DNA of 64,000 nt from assembly GCA_017654855.1 (NCBI GenBank), contig CM030337.1, forward strand, positions 310,001-374,000. Direction: 5' to 3'. The stretch is from Podospora anserina (Eukaryota). This document shows positions 62,482-64,000 of the stretch, piece after piece. Within the stretch, counting starts at the first letter, position 1, and the number at the start of each line of letters is the position of its first letter. Both the position numbers and the translations under genes were made by a program. Below the pieces are notes generated by a model. It saw nothing but the letters and a program-made list of their open reading frames with translations, did not search any database and was not told where the DNA came from.

Positions 62482-64000
62482 TTTGTGATATCCTCAACTC
62501 TGTTCTGCTCTTGTATGATGCAAGCTAAGCTGGGCGTAATGTCTGCAACAAAATGCAGTGTAGTGTGGTAATGCCGTCAAGGCCTGGTAATCCCCCCAGC
62601 TTTCAATATCCCCGTCACGCGACTAGTCTAGACGAAGGGCTCAAGTATAAGCGAAATCGACAGAGAAAGTCGAGGTTTCGGAGGCTGGATTTCAAAGACA
62701 ACGGAGCAGGGAAGCAGCAACAGTGTGGTTTCTGGCTGGTTGAGTTCGAGCGCGCTTCGAATCGATCGAAAGCTAACGGGAATCGGCCGGCTGCATCTCA
62801 GAGCCCCAAATGCCCAAGGCTGGGTGTACGAGAACTGATACGTGTGGTGTTGACAACGATATCGTGTATATCGTTAAAATTCCGACGGTCGACGATGCTG
62901 GCGACAGTGGCTGGCTCACAATGCGTCGCCTCGAGGTAGTCGTCGGGATGCGGTCGGGTCGGCTCAGGGGGGTTGCTGTGGAATTGGAGGGTCTGGAAAA
63001 AGATGGAGCATTGTCGCATTGGCGCAGCTGCTCTGATCCCTGTCCATGCTCGAACGCGAGATGTGGACGGCGCGCTAAAGACTTGGTCGATGGCCAAGTG
63101 TACAGTCAGGTGATACAGCACGTGAGTAAACCAGCACAGACCAATTCACTTCCCCAGATGAGGTGAAACTGTCCCAGACGGACAGATTTGTCAACGAACT
63201 GGGCATCGTTGTACACTCTTTTCATCTGGTCCTTATTCTTACATTTCTGCATTACTTATCTTCCCCGCGCATAGGTCCGCTCGGTCGAGGCCCAATGAGA
63301 CCGCAATGGCACAAACTTGATACCTGGTACCCTCGAGCCTGGCTCAGTGTCTAGAGAGAGAGAGTAAAACGACCGCCACCAAGGGATCATATTACGAATC
63401 AATAGTATCTTTTGCACTCTCTACTACAAGTCCACAGCCTACCTACTGTCCGTTCGGCATTGCCATCATAAATGATAAAGCTGACAGGTCCTCATCATGC
63501 GCGCTGGCGCGGCTGAGGGCGCTTAATCGAAACCACTACTGCACACTATGCTTGTTAGTTAGAAGACGCGAGTCCCTAATCTGGCATGGTCCAACCGACA
63601 ATGCAGAAGAGAGGCACAGTTGCGGCGGTAATGCTACCTACCCAACCACATCTCAGGATCCGATGCTGATTGGCCTGCTCGGTTCTTTTCTTGATTGATC
63701 ATGCCAAAAAACATCTTGCAAAAGGTTCACACCGGCCGCGTCGGGATAGAAGATAGCACAAGTTCCTTCAGGCTTTTTATCCTTTCCTTCCCTTCTCCAC
63801 CGATCCTCCTTCCTTTCTCTCCGTAGATTACAAGTTGGGGCTTCACCAGTCACTCGCCATCATGGAACAGGATCCTAGAAGTGTTAGTACCGTTGCATAT
63901 ATTACCAACTAGACAGTGCCTACCTAACACCACCTTGCAGTATCCCGTAGCTATTCTTCCAGGGGGGGATGCTCCTGAGGTCCACCAACACCAAACCCAA

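Noticed and set aside
62798-63853. Small minus-strand ORFs upstream of AP-2 alpha
   Set aside because: No recognisable homology, and I could not build a consistent exon chain.

Overview
Gene-dense, intron-containing fungal genomic DNA. Intron signals (GT...CTAAC/CTGAC...YAG) and protein sequences point to a Sordariales ascomycete, probably the Podospora anserina complex (inference, not checked). It holds about 20 mostly housekeeping genes: SEY1, RNase H2A, MIF2/CENP-C, YME2, EMI1-like, a CCCH-finger protein, SEC65, dynactin p150, TAF4, YSH1, an F-box/LRR protein, an ING/PHD protein, a cis-prenyltransferase, DSC2-like, a Uds1-type coiled-coil protein, THR4, PPS1, ATG18 and AP-2 alpha. It also has one tRNA-Trp and a PTH11-like receptor gene with a premature stop. 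I found no intact transposon, rRNA or CRISPR. The most striking signals are possible recoding. (1) The spliced ATG18 ends in TAG and the same frame stays open for 250 more codons; the context fits sexual-stage A-to-I stop-loss editing (UAG to UGG). (2) The Uds1-type gene ends in TGA-CAACCA, an exact CARYYA readthrough motif, followed by a coding-like 40-codon 11-mer amphipathic tail. Also notable: a long YSH1 intron that splits the catalytic motif and looks like an intronic polyadenylation switch, an inverted duplication flanking the CCCH gene, and a multi-hairpin ncRNA candidate. Exon boundaries were read by hand.
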